64,000 nucleotides of DNA from an uncultured bacterium (GTDB lineage Bacteria > Bacteroidota > Bacteroidia > Bacteroidales > Rikenellaceae): positions 143,441-207,440 of the forward strand of contig CAJMNH010000004.1 of the NCBI GenBank assembly GCA_905214725.1, in the 5' to 3' direction. Positions 52,450 through 62,302 of the stretch are shown one piece after another. Position 1 is the first letter of the stretch, and every line of letters begins with the position of its first letter. The notes below the pieces were generated by a model. That model did no database searches. It saw only the letters and a list, made by a program, of their open reading frames with translations, and was not told the origin of the DNA. The translations under genes and the position numbers were made by a program.

Positions 52450-55353
52450 CTAATAACCGAACAGTTCGCGCTGGCTCACCTCGCGGACGGGGCCGAGCGT
52501 ACGCAGATAGTTCAGATCGATATCGTTCTTGTCGCCCAAAATGCTGTAAGTGTATTTGCGCCCCTTGACCCATTTGTCGTGGAACGCCTTCACATCAGCG
52601 AGCGTCATCTGCTGCACGGCGTCGTAAACGGCCTTGTTACGGTCGGATTCGACGCCCATCTCACGTGCCGAGACGAAGCTCCACAGCACGTTGTCGCGCA
52701 CGGTGCGCTGCGTGGAGAGGTTCGCGAGAATGCTCTGCTTGGCCAGTTCGAACGCCTTTTCCGATTCGGGCATATTCTCGATGATCTCCTCGAACGCCTC
52801 GACGGCCTGACGCATCTTGTCGTTCTGCGTGGCGATGAAAGCATAGAAGATATAGGGATCGTCCTTGTCGCGCATCTCGGTGAAGGTGGCGAAAGCCGTG
52901 TAAGCCAACGACCGCGCCTCGCGCATCTCTTGGAAAACCACCGCGTTCATACCGCCGCCGAAATAGCTGTTGAAAAGCGTCTTTCCCGGATCGTTGTCGG
53001 TAGAGAATTTCTCACCGCGGTTCGAATACTGGAGGTAATAGATCTGCTTGGCGTCGTACTGCGCGATGTTGACCTCGCTCTTGTCCACCGTAAGCAACGG
53101 GAAACGCACCTCCTTCACAGGTTTCAGCTCCTGCGCCGTGTGGTGGATTTCGTCGAGCGCGGCGACGAGTTTCGTCTCCTTCTCTGGACCGTAGTACATC
53201 ACATAGTGCTCGTAATCGCTCAGGCTCTTGATACGCGCCAGCAGTTCGTCCGACGTGAGCGCCATCAGCTGCTCGTCGGTCAACGTCCGCGCCTGAATCG
53301 CCTTGGGACCGAAAAAGGTATACTGCTGCAACGCGCGGAAGTTGGCGTTCTGGTTCAACTTGGCGTCGTTGCGCGCCTTCATTTCGTTGGCTTTGAGCTG
53401 TGCGAGCACCGCGTCGTCGCCCTTCACATTCTTCATATACTCCTCGGCCAACTTCACCGCTTTGTCCATATTCTCCGACAGACCGCTGATGATCACATAG
53501 ATACGTTCTCCGCCCACACGGATTCCGAACGAACAGGCCATATCGTAGAACTCGCGCTGAATCTCCTGCAACGACTTGGAATCGGTACCCAGCAGGTCGA
53601 AGTAGTCCGATGCGATGCTGAAAGCCGGATCGGACGTCGTGCCGAAATCATAGACGTAATAGAGGTTGAACAGTCCGTTGGTCGTATTCCGCTTGTACAG
53701 CAACTCGATCTCCTGCTTCATCTTCCCTACGGTCATATCCTTCGCATAGTCGACGAATACCGGCTGTATGGCTTCGACCTCGGAAGTCTGAACAGAGGCG
53801 AGGAACTCCGAAGCCTTGTCGCGGTTCGTCGCGATGGGCGTAATCTGCGGCTTATCGATCTTGTGAATGTTCGGATCGACGCCCTGACGCTTGTAGATAG
53901 CGGCATAGGCTTTGGGATCGAGCTTCTCGTTGGCCCACGCCACGACGTCGGCCTTGGTTACCTTCGACAGCCGGTCGAGTTCCCCGACGGCGCGTTTCCA
54001 GTCGACGCCGTTGATGAAGGCGTCGACATAGGCCATCGCACGGTTATCGTTCTCTTCAAGCTCCTGCATCTCGCTGCGTTTGTAATTGGCGATGGTCGAT
54101 GCGAGCAACTCTTCGTCGAAATCGCCGGCACGCAGCTTTTCGATCTCGTCGAGCAGCATATCGCGCGCCTCTTCGAGCGTCTGCCCCGGCTTGGGATAGC
54201 CGATAGCCACCATCATGCCGTAATCGGCCAGTTGAACGCCCTGCGCACCCACGCCGAGCATCTTCTGCTGTTGCTGAATATCGACATCCAGCAGACCGCA
54301 CTTGCCGTTCGAAAGCAACGAACTCACGAGTTGCACCATATCGGCGTCCTCGCTCGAAGCGCCCTCGGTACGCCAGCCCAGATAGACCATCTCGGCCTCC
54401 TGACCCAACACCGTCTTCTCGACCGGAGCGGTCATCGCCGGTTCGGGCGTGAACGTCCATTCGGGCAGCTCGGGATTGGGTTGAAGCGATCCGAAGTACT
54501 TGTCGATCGTCGCGATCATCTTGTCGGGATCGAAATCGCCCGAAAGGCAGACGGCCATATTGTTGGGCACGTAATAGGTCTTGTAGTAATTCTTGATATT
54601 GGTGATCGAAGGATTCTTCAGATCGTTCTGCGTCCCCAACACGGTGTGCATGCCGTAGGGATGGTGCGGATAGAGCGCCACCATGAGCGAGTCGAACATC
54701 TTGCGCCCGTCGCTCGTGAGCGACATGTTGTACTCCTCGTAGACGGTCTCCAGCTCGGTGTGGAACCCGCGAATCACGGCATTGGCGAAACGGTCGGACT
54801 GGATCTTCGCCCAATTGTCGATCTGGTTCGAGGGAATCTCCTCGGTGTAAACGGTCATGTCGTACGACGTGAAGGCATTCGTGCCGTCGGCGCCGATGGC
54901 CGACATCAGTTTGTCGTACTCGTTGGGAATCGCCAGTTTCGACGCCTCCTGCGATACGGAGTCGATCCGAGCGTAAATTGCACGGCGCTCCTCGGAATCG
55001 CTCTTCGTGCGATACACCTCGAACAGACGTTCGATCTCGTCGAGCATCGGCTTCTCGGCCTCGTAGTTCTGAGTGCCGAACGACTCGGTACCCTTGAACA
55101 TCAGGTGCTCGAAATAGTGAGCCAGGCCGGTCGTCTCGAGCGGGTCGTTTTTCGAACCCACGCGCACGGCGATGTAGGTCTGGATGCGGGGAGCCTCCTC
55201 GTTCACGGTCATATAGACCTTCAATCCGTTGTCCAACGTGTAGATACGGCTATGCATCGGATCGTCGGCGACCTTTTCATAGCGGTATTTCGAACAGGAC
55301 GTAACGACAAGGCTCAGTGCCGCTGCCGCTACCAATAAAAATACTCTCTTCAT
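52450..55353 (-). CDS. M16 (pitrilysin/insulinase) family zinc metallopeptidase, double-unit
   Basis: 967 aa. Signal peptide with lipobox. Inverted zinc motif HYFEHLMFKGT. Confidence 0.88.
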   Translation of the reverse strand: MKRVFLLVAAAALSLVVTSCSKYRYEKVADDPMHSRIYTLDNGLKVYMTVNEEAPRIQTYIAVRVGSKNDPLETTGLAHYFEHLMFKGTESFGTQNYEAEKPMLDEIERLFEVYRTKSDSEERRAIYARIDSVSQEASKLAIPNEYDKLMSAIGADGTNAFTSYDMTVYTEEIPSNQIDNWAKIQSDRFANAVIRGFHTELETVYEEYNMSLTSDGRKMFDSLMVALYPHHPYGMHTVLGTQNDLKNPSITNIKNYYKTYYVPNNMAVCLSGDFDPDKMIATIDKYFGSLQPNPELPEWTFTPEPAMTAPVEKTVLGQEAEMVYLGWRTEGASSEDADMVQLVSSLLSNGKCGLLDVDIQQQQKMLGVGAQGVQLADYGMMVAIGYPKPGQTLEEARDMLLDEIEKLRAGDFDEELLASTIANYKRSEMQELEENDNRAMAYVDAFINGVDWKRAVGELDRLSKVTKADVVAWANEKLDPKAYAAIYKRQGVDPNIHKIDKPQITPIATNRDKASEFLASVQTSEVEAIQPVFVDYAKDMTVGKMKQEIELLYKRNTTNGLFNLYYVYDFGTTSDPAFSIASDYFDLLGTDSKSLQEIQREFYDMACSFGIRVGGERIYVIISGLSENMDKAVKLAEEYMKNVKGDDAVLAQLKANEMKARNDAKLNQNANFRALQQYTFFGPKAIQARTLTDEQLMALTSDELLARIKSLSDYEHYVMYYGPEKETKLVAALDEIHHTAQELKPVKEVRFPLLTVDKSEVNIAQYDAKQIYYLQYSNRGEKFSTDNDPGKTLFNSYFGGGMNAVVFQEMREARSLAYTAFATFTEMRDKDDPYIFYAFIATQNDKMRQAVEAFEEIIENMPESEKAFELAKQSILANLSTQRTVRDNVLWSFVSAREMGVESDRNKAVYDAVQQMTLADVKAFHDKWVKGRKYTYSILGDKNDIDLNYLRTLGPVREVSQRELFGY

Positions 55354-55375
55354 ATAATTGGTGAGTTATGTTATC

Positions 55376-55888
55376 TTAAAATACGGTTGAAAACCACTCC
55401 CTGAGCGCCGGCCATGTGTCGGCGACGACAAAGGTCAGCATCCCGATCGAAGCCACCAGCTTGATACCCGTGCCGACCAGAAACGACAGAAACGACCCGA
55501 CGCCTACGACAAACGCCCGCCCGACTTCGGCGCGGTCGTTCACCAGTTCGCCGAGCACGGCTCCCATAAACGGACCCAGCAGGATACCGATCAGACCGCC
55601 CATGAGCAAGCCCACGATCAGGCCCACCGTAGCGCCGATCATACCGGCCCGCGTACCGCCGAAGAGCTTGGCCATATACCCCGGCAGAAAATAGTCGACC
55701 AGCGTCACGACGGCAGTCACGGCCGCCCACAACCACATCGTCGCAGCCGGCAGCGTCGAATAACTGCATGCATAGGCACAAAAAAGCCCCGCGTAACTCA
55801 GCACCGGACCGGGCAGGACGGGGACAATGCAACCGACGATGCCGACGAGGCAACAGACGAAAGCCAGTATGGAGAGGAATATATCCAT
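55376..55888 (-). CDS. DUF456 domain-containing membrane protein
   Basis: 170 aa. N-terminus ...GIVGCIVPVLPGPVLSYAG and Gly-rich TM helices typical of DUF456. Confidence 0.72.
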   Translation of the reverse strand: MDIFLSILAFVCCLVGIVGCIVPVLPGPVLSYAGLFCAYACSYSTLPAATMWLWAAVTAVVTLVDYFLPGYMAKLFGGTRAGMIGATVGLIVGLLMGGLIGILLGPFMGAVLGELVNDRAEVGRAFVVGVGSFLSFLVGTGIKLVASIGMLTFVVADTWPALREWFSTVF

Positions 55889-55940
55889 CGTTCGGGATTC
55901 ATAGTTCTCGGAGAAATCCGGCCGTCGGCCGGCCTCTCTC

Positions 55941-56297
55941 TTATTTCACCAGACGGTTGGTCGCCGTATCGGGAAAAACGACCCACGGACGGAACGACTT
56001 CGCCTCTTCGAACTCCATGCGGGCGTAGGAGGCGATGATCAGCACGTCGCCCACCTGCGCCTTACGAGCCGCAGCGCCGTTCAGGCAGATGGCGCCGCTG
56101 GCGCGCACACCCCGAATTACATAGGTGTCGAGCCGTTCGCCGTTGGTGACGTTCCATATCTGCACCCGCTCGCCCTCGATCAAGTTGGCGGCCTCCATCA
56201 ACTCCTCGTCGATGGTGATGCTCCCCACATAATTGAGATTGGCCTCGGTGATGGTCACCCGGTGAATTTTCGATTTCAGCACTTCGATCTGCATCAT
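55941..56297 (-). CDS. panD: Aspartate 1-decarboxylase
   Basis: 118 aa. [23 protein letters not shown] contains the G-S self-cleavage site. Confidence 0.93.
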   Translation of the reverse strand: MMQIEVLKSKIHRVTITEANLNYVGSITIDEELMEAANLIEGERVQIWNVTNGERLDTYVIRGVRASGAICLNGAAARKAQVGDVLIIASYARMEFEEAKSFRPWVVFPDTATNRLVK

Positions 56298-56307
56298 CCT
56301 CTTCGCC

Positions 56308-57144
56308 TTATTTGATCCGAATATTGTCGATCAGCCGCACGGCGCCCGCCTGCACGGCGATACATCCCTGTATGCGCGGACTGTCGCCCCAAGCCGCCAC
56401 CTGCTGAATCGTAAGCGCATCGACCGCCTGAAAATAGATTACTTCGAGCAATCCGCTGCGCTCCGTCTCGCGCGTGACGAAAGCCGTCAGCTCGGCGGGC
56501 GTCATCGAAGCGGCGCGCTCGGCGCCTAACTTCAACGCACGGTAAATATCGGGAGCCGCAGCGCGGTGTTCCGCATCGAGCAGTGCGTTGCGCGACGAAA
56601 GCGCCAGACCGTCGTCGCCGCGCACGATTTCGCACTCGACGATTTCGAGCGGGAAACTCGACTGCGCGACCATCGACTTCACCACGGCGATCTGCTGGAA
56701 ATCCTTCTCGCCGAAGTAGGCGCGCGCGGGCTGCACGACGGCGAACAGCTTGCTCACCACCTGCGCCACGCCGTTGAAATGGCCCGGGCGGGTCGCCCCC
56801 TCCATCACCTTGTCGATCTGGCCGAAATCGTACTGCCGACGGTCGGGCACGGGATACATCTCCTCCACCGACGGCATAAAGACCAGATCGGTCCCCGCCG
56901 CTTCGAGCAGCGCGCAATCGGCCTCCGGCGTGCGCGGATAGTTTCTCAGATCGTTTTTATCGTTGAACTGCGTGGGATTGACGAAGACGCTCACCACGAC
57001 GGTGGCGTTCTCGCGGCGCGCCCGTTCGACGAGCGAACGATGGCCGGCATGCAGGGCGCCCATGGTCGGAACCAACCCGACTTTCGTCACATCGACCGCT
57101 GAGAGCGCCTCGCGAAGCGCTTTGACGCTTGTTACTATTTTCAT
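56308..57144 (-). CDS. panC: Pantoate--beta-alanine ligase
   Basis: 278 aa. [14 protein letters not shown]-like motif. 10 nt upstream of panD. Confidence 0.93.
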   Translation of the reverse strand: MKIVTSVKALREALSAVDVTKVGLVPTMGALHAGHRSLVERARRENATVVVSVFVNPTQFNDKNDLRNYPRTPEADCALLEAAGTDLVFMPSVEEMYPVPDRRQYDFGQIDKVMEGATRPGHFNGVAQVVSKLFAVVQPARAYFGEKDFQQIAVVKSMVAQSSFPLEIVECEIVRGDDGLALSSRNALLDAEHRAAAPDIYRALKLGAERAASMTPAELTAFVTRETERSGLLEVIYFQAVDALTIQQVAAWGDSPRIQGCIAVQAGAVRLIDNIRIK

Positions 57145-57177
57145 TTTACTTTCAACCGATTATGCCCGAAGGCGAGG

Positions 57178-57185
57178 CAAAGTTA
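57178..57185 (-). promoter_or_regulatory. -7 promoter box TAACTTTG for panC-panD
   Basis: Plus-strand caaagtta, 34 nt upstream of the ATG at 57144. Confidence 0.5.
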
Positions 57186-57430
57186 GAAATAACAATTAAG
57201 ATATGAAAGCGAAAAAGCGAAAAATATATTTCAGGCCGGCAAACCCCGCTGCGGGGCTCTTTGCGGCCTGCGCATCCGAAACTTCGGCAACGGACAACCG
57301 CGGGAGCCCTCCTTCGTCTTGCAGAACTGAAGCCGGTAAAAGAACGGTCTACGACGACTCCGCAAGATTTCGGAACTTCGTCGCCTCGCGGTCACAGCGG
57401 AAAAATAAACCTTTTTTTCGAAAAATTCGC

Positions 57431-57438
57431 TATCTTTG
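57431..57438 (+). promoter_or_regulatory. -7 promoter box TATCTTTG for the M49 peptidase
   Basis: Overlaps the track TTG start at 57436. 25 nt upstream of the ATG at 57463. Confidence 0.5.
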
Positions 57439-57462
57439 GCATCAAATTCAATCCGAACGCAA

Positions 57463-59487
57463 ATGAAAACGCTCACGTTTATTTCGCTTATGACAACATC
57501 CGTAGCATGCATGGGTTCGTGTACGAACCGAACGGCGTCCGATGCGGAACAGCCGTGGATCGTCGACCGGTTCGACGACATCAAGGTCATCCGCTACGAA
57601 GTGCCCGGATTCGAGCAACTGCCTCTCGAACAGAAAGAGCTGATCTACTACCTCGCCGAGGCGGCCAAATGCGGCCGTGACATTCTCTTCGACCAGAACT
57701 GCGCAGCCAACCTCCCGATCCGACGCACGCTCGAAACGCTCCACCTTAATTATAAAGGCGACCGTACGACCGAAAAGTGGAAAGCGCTCGAAAAATATCT
57801 CAAGAAGGTATGGTTTGCCAACGGCATCCACCACCACTACTCCAACGACAAGTTCCGCCCCGAATTTTCGGAAACCTTTTTCCGCGAAGCGGCCGCATCG
57901 GTCGGCATGGAGCGGTTCTCTTCGGACTTCGATTTCCTCTGCAAAGTCATCTTCGACCCCGCGATCTACCCCACGCGGCTCAATCAGGCGGCGGACGCCG
58001 ACATGCTTTGGACATCGGCCAGCAACTATTACAGCAACGTGCGGCAGCGCGAGGCCGAAAAATTCTATGCCGGAATGGCCGCTGCCGACGCTGGCAATCC
58101 CTGCCCCGTCTCCTACGGTCTGAATTCGCAGCTGGTCAAAGAGGAAAAGACCGGCCGGATGTACGAACGCACGTGGAAAGTGGGCGGCATGTACTCGCCC
58201 GCCATCGAGCGGATCGTCTACTGGCTCGAAAAGGCGCGCGACGTAGCCGCCGAACCGCAGCGCGAAACGCTGGCCGCACTGATCGACTACTACCGGACGG
58301 GCGACCTGAAACAATTCGACCGCTACAATATCCTCTGGTTGCAGGACACGGTGTCGAACGTCGATTTCGTCAACGGATTCATCGAGACTTACGGCGATCC
58401 GCTGGGCTACAAGGCTTCATGGGAGGCCAACGTCAACTTCGTCGACTCGGCCGCCTGCCGCCGCACGCAGATCATCTCCGAAAACGCACAATGGTTCGAA
58501 GATCATTCGCCCGTCGACCCCGCCTACAAGAAAAAGGTCGTGAAAGGCGTCTCGGCCAAGGTCATCACCGTGGCGATGCTGGGCGGCGACTGCTACCCCG
58601 CCACCCCGATCGGCATCAATCTGCCCAACGCCGACTGGATCCGCAAGGAACACGGTTCGAAATCGGTGACGATCGACAACATCACCTACGCCTACGACCG
58701 CGCGGCGCACGGCAACGGCTTCGAGGAGGAGTTCATGCTGCGCGCCGAAGACCGCGAACGCATCGACAAATACGGCAAGATCGGCGACGACCTGCACACC
58801 GATCTGCACGAGTGTCTCGGCCACGGTTCGGGTCAGTTGGCTCCCGGCGTGAAGGGCGACGAACTGAAAAGCTACGGATCGACGCTCGAAGAGACGCGCG
58901 CCGACCTCTTCGGCCTCTACTATCTGGGCGACCCGAAACTCGTCGAACTGGGACTCGTTCCCTCGTTCGACGTAGCCAAAGCGCAATACGCCTCCTATAT
59001 TCTCAACGGCATGATGACGCAGCTCGCCCGCATCCAACCGGGCAAAAACGTCGAGGAGTCGCATATGCGCAACCGCAAGCTGATTGCCGAGTGGTGCTAC
59101 GAGCAGGGCGAGGCCGACAACGTTATCGAATGGCGCAAGGAGAACGGCAAGACCTACATCGTAGTCAACGATTTCGACAAGTTGCGCGGGTTGTTCGGCC
59201 GCATGCTGCGCGAAATCCAGCGCATCAAATCCGAAGGCGACTATGAAGCGGGCAAGGCGCTGGTTGAGCGGTATGCCGTCAAGGTCGACCCTGAGTTGCA
59301 CCGCGAGGTACTCGAACGTTACGAAGCGCTCCGCATTGAACCTTACGGAGGATTCGTCAATCCCGAATACGAACTCGTCGAGCGCGACGGCCGAATCGTC
59401 GACGTGAAGATCTGCTATCCGGCCGACTACGTCGGGCAGATGCTCGGATATTCCAAGGAGTACTCATTCCTTCCCGACCGCAACTAA
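57463..59487 (+). CDS. M49 family dipeptidyl-peptidase III-like metallopeptidase, lipoprotein signal
   Basis: Start trimmed to MKTLTFISLMTTSVACMGSC. HECLGHGSG and LEETRADL zinc motifs of DPP III. Confidence 0.85.
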   Translation: MKTLTFISLMTTSVACMGSCTNRTASDAEQPWIVDRFDDIKVIRYEVPGFEQLPLEQKELIYYLAEAAKCGRDILFDQNCAANLPIRRTLETLHLNYKGDRTTEKWKALEKYLKKVWFANGIHHHYSNDKFRPEFSETFFREAAASVGMERFSSDFDFLCKVIFDPAIYPTRLNQAADADMLWTSASNYYSNVRQREAEKFYAGMAAADAGNPCPVSYGLNSQLVKEEKTGRMYERTWKVGGMYSPAIERIVYWLEKARDVAAEPQRETLAALIDYYRTGDLKQFDRYNILWLQDTVSNVDFVNGFIETYGDPLGYKASWEANVNFVDSAACRRTQIISENAQWFEDHSPVDPAYKKKVVKGVSAKVITVAMLGGDCYPATPIGINLPNADWIRKEHGSKSVTIDNITYAYDRAAHGNGFEEEFMLRAEDRERIDKYGKIGDDLHTDLHECLGHGSGQLAPGVKGDELKSYGSTLEETRADLFGLYYLGDPKLVELGLVPSFDVAKAQYASYILNGMMTQLARIQPGKNVEESHMRNRKLIAEWCYEQGEADNVIEWRKENGKTYIVVNDFDKLRGLFGRMLREIQRIKSEGDYEAGKALVERYAVKVDPELHREVLERYEALRIEPYGGFVNPEYELVERDGRIVDVKICYPADYVGQMLGYSKEYSFLPDRN

Positions 59488-59504
59488 AATCCATTCGGAC
59501 AACC

Positions 59505-59547
59505 AAGCGTGCGGAGTCTTTCGAAAGACTCCGCACGCTTCCGTTTT
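59505..59547 (+). terminator. Rho-independent terminator after the M49 peptidase gene
   Basis: aagcgtgcggagtctt ... aagactccgcacgctt followed by CCGTTTTG. Confidence 0.7.
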
Positions 59548-59848
59548 GAATCGGCTCGATTTGCGCGGAACACGGATCCGCCCCACAAGAAAGCATTGCA
59601 TCAGACAAGAAAAACCGTAAAACATTTCGGCCGGATTTCAAAACGATGCGACCCAAGACCCTGCGAACGGCGACGAACCGGAACGGTCGTCCGATCGCGC
59701 GTCGAGACGCCTGTACCGCGACTATTGCCGCGTATTTCACCGCTGCGACCCGTCCGCCTCGCTACGCGCTCCGAAATCGTAACATTCAGAACGGAACGGT
59801 ATTTGAACAGAAACGGGACGATAGCAACTCTTAAAAAATTTCAGGACT

Positions 59849-60502
59849 ATGACCACAAAAAATTTACTCACGTCATTGCTCGTACTGCTGGCCGTCGCGG
59901 TCGTTTCGTGCCAGAAAGAGCCTTCCACCTCCGGGCTTCACGAGGACTATTTGGTCTATACGGATTACGATCAGAAGACCGATTTTTCCACCGTGGAGAC
60001 CTACTACCTTCCCGACAGTATTCTGTTGATCGGCAACGCCGACAAGACCGAATACTGGAAAGACGCCGACGCTTTGGAGATCATCGGGACCGTCGCCGAC
60101 TGGATGGAATCCCGCAACTTCGTCCGCACGGATGAAAAGGCCGATGCACAGGTCGGTTTGCAACTCAGTTATGTCGAGCGAGTGACCTATTTCGTCGGCT
60201 ACAACAACCCCTACTGGTGGTGGTACTACCCCTATTACTGGGCACCCGGCTACTGGGGCGACTGGCTCGGCTGGCATTACCCGTATCAGGTCTATTACGG
60301 CTACACGGCCGGTTCGATGCTCATCGAGATGGTCGATCTGGCTGCCGATCAGGAGAGCAACCGCAAGTTGCCCGTCATCTGGGACAGCTTCATCGGCGGA
60401 CTGCTCACCTCATCGCAGGAAGTCAACATGCAACGCACGCTGGATGCTGTCGATCAGGCATTCGTGCAATCGCCTTATCTGGTAAATTCCGTCAACAATT
60501 AA
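59849..60502 (+). CDS. DUF4136-like lipoprotein
   Basis: 217 aa. Lipobox VVSC. Aromatic YNNPYWWWYYPYYWAPGYWGDW segment. The family call is from recollection. Confidence 0.55.
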   Translation: MTTKNLLTSLLVLLAVAVVSCQKEPSTSGLHEDYLVYTDYDQKTDFSTVETYYLPDSILLIGNADKTEYWKDADALEIIGTVADWMESRNFVRTDEKADAQVGLQLSYVERVTYFVGYNNPYWWWYYPYYWAPGYWGDWLGWHYPYQVYYGYTAGSMLIEMVDLAADQESNRKLPVIWDSFIGGLLTSSQEVNMQRTLDAVDQAFVQSPYLVNSVNN

Positions 60503-60515
60503 TTATTCCTTTGCC

Positions 60516-61148
60516 ATGAAAACACTTCACATATTCAGTCGTAAAGCGTTGTTGCTCGCCGTCGCATTGGTCGCCTTCGCGCTGCCGGGACGGGCGCAAC
60601 TCATCCAGAACACCTATCTCAACGTCGATTGGCAAGTGACCGTTCCGCTGGGGAACGCCTTCGCCGACAAAGCCTCGGGTTGGGGTATGAACTTCGAAGG
60701 CGGTTACTTCGTAACGCCCGAAATAACCGTCGGCGCCTTCATCTCCTATCAGACCAACATCGAGTCGATCGGCCGTCAAACCCTGCAATTGGGGAACGGC
60801 GCGGCGATGACCACCGCACAGAAACACACGCTGTTCGAACTGCCGTTCGGTGTCGTCGGACGATATAATTTCCTAAAAGGAAGCATCTTCCAGCCCTATG
60901 CCGGTCTGCGCATCGGCGCCGACTACGCCCAGATGTCCTCCTACTACTATACGATCCAGCAGTATCAGGATACGTGGGGCGTCTATCTCTCGCCGGAAAT
61001 CGGCGTGAGCATCTTCCCTTCGCCGTCGCAGCGGTTCGGCTTCCACGTGGCGCTCTTCTACAGCTACGCCAGCAACAACGACGATCTGCTGATCTATACG
61101 ATGAACAACATCAACCGCTTCGGCGTCCGCGTCGGTATCTCGTTCTGA
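60516..61148 (+). CDS. Outer membrane beta-barrel (porin-family/OmpW-like) protein
   Basis: 210 aa. Signal peptide ...ALPGRAQ, alternating beta-strand pattern, C-terminal ...VRVGISF. Confidence 0.7.
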   Translation: MKTLHIFSRKALLLAVALVAFALPGRAQLIQNTYLNVDWQVTVPLGNAFADKASGWGMNFEGGYFVTPEITVGAFISYQTNIESIGRQTLQLGNGAAMTTAQKHTLFELPFGVVGRYNFLKGSIFQPYAGLRIGADYAQMSSYYYTIQQYQDTWGVYLSPEIGVSIFPSPSQRFGFHVALFYSYASNNDDLLIYTMNNINRFGVRVGISF

Positions 61149-61160
61149 TTTCTCCTACCT

Positions 61161-61204
61161 GACGAAAACGGCTGCTCTTGTTTCCAAGAGCAGCCGTTTT
61201 CGTC
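61161..61204. terminator. Bidirectional terminator between convergent genes
   Basis: 20-nt perfect arms gacgaaaacggctgctcttg / caagagcagccgttttcgtc. Confidence 0.75.
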
Positions 61205-61245
61205 GTCCGTATTCGGCAGATCATGCCGTGCAAGCGGACAGGGAG

Positions 61246-62295
61246 CTATTTCCTCTTCGTTCCCTTCATCTTTCCGGCTTTGAACGCACGGTTGCCCTCG
61301 ATGGCACGGTCCTGCAAGGCGTGAATCTCAGCGCGCGAGCGGGGCAGATCGGCGAACTCCGACGGATAGTCGGTCTCTATCAGATCGGGTTCCGACACCA
61401 AATCGCGCAGGTAGCAGACCCTCCGATCGCGCGGATTCTTCACCTTGTCGGACGAACCGGTAATGGAAGTCATCGTCGAGACGCCGCGTGCATGCAACAG
61501 ATCGTAAACCTCCTGCAATTCGGGATCGACCGACAGCCGGATATAAGCCATAACGTAGTCCCACGGAATCGGGCAGGCCTCGTAGGCATCGAACATCTCT
61601 CGCGAGCTGATCTCGCAGCAGAACATCACGTTGCGGATGCCGGCGTTCCAGTAGTACATCGCCTCCTCCAACGAACGGACGCTGAGCATGATGTTGTGAT
61701 ACATCGACCAGTCGCCGCCCGGTTTCAACTGACGGATATAGTAGTCGAGACTCGCCTTGCGCACCGCTTCGCTCACGCCCTTGGTGTTGATGTACTTGTT
61801 GTCGAAGTTGAAGGCCACTTTGTCTTTCCCCCACTCGAGCATATCTTTCAGACGGGGAATGCGGTAGGGGGTCAACTTGCCGTCTCGGTCGATCAGCCGG
61901 AATCCCTGCAACTCTTCGTAGGTGTAGTCGGCCACGCGTCCCTTGCCGTTCGTCGTACGATCGATCGTCAGGTCGTGCATAAGCACCATTACGCTGTCTT
62001 TCGTGAAGCTGAAATCGATCTCGAAAAAGGTCGGCATCAGCGACAGCGTCTTTTCGCACGACTCGATGCAGTTTTCAGGATAGCCGGGCATCATGCCGCC
62101 GCGATGGCCGCTGACGATAATATCCCGTTCGGGATTATAGGCGAAATAGGCCTTCAGGTCTTCGAGGCTGTTGATCCGAACGGTGTGGAGGTTCTTCTCC
62201 GGCGCAGGCCGCTCGACGGCGACGGCGGAAAGGGTCGCCGCAACCGCGAAAACCATCGCGACAATTGCAATTCGGGATTTCTTCATATGCGTCAT
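61246..62295 (-). CDS. Glycerophosphodiester phosphodiesterase family protein
   Basis: 349 aa. Signal peptide (alternative start MKKSRIAIV at 62286). GDPD motifs VSGHRGG and PENC. Confidence 0.8.
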   Translation of the reverse strand: MTHMKKSRIAIVAMVFAVAATLSAVAVERPAPEKNLHTVRINSLEDLKAYFAYNPERDIIVSGHRGGMMPGYPENCIESCEKTLSLMPTFFEIDFSFTKDSVMVLMHDLTIDRTTNGKGRVADYTYEELQGFRLIDRDGKLTPYRIPRLKDMLEWGKDKVAFNFDNKYINTKGVSEAVRKASLDYYIRQLKPGGDWSMYHNIMLSVRSLEEAMYYWNAGIRNVMFCCEISSREMFDAYEACPIPWDYVMAYIRLSVDPELQEVYDLLHARGVSTMTSITGSSDKVKNPRDRRVCYLRDLVSEPDLIETDYPSEFADLPRSRAEIHALQDRAIEGNRAFKAGKMKGTKRK

Positions 62296-62302
62296 AGGTT
62301 GA

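Noticed and set aside
50041-55338. Minus ORF 50041-51417 (458 aa), antisense to serS, and plus ORF 52579-55338 (919 aa), antisense to the M16 peptidase
   Set aside because: Antisense artefacts with biased composition. serS and M16 are unambiguous.
12724-59537. Possible repeat family: the terminator hairpins at 12717-12757 and 59505-59540 both contain CGTGCGGAG ... CTCCGCACG
   Set aside because: Only a 9-nt core is shared, and the loops and flanks differ. More likely a coincidence between GC-clamp terminators than a REP-like element.
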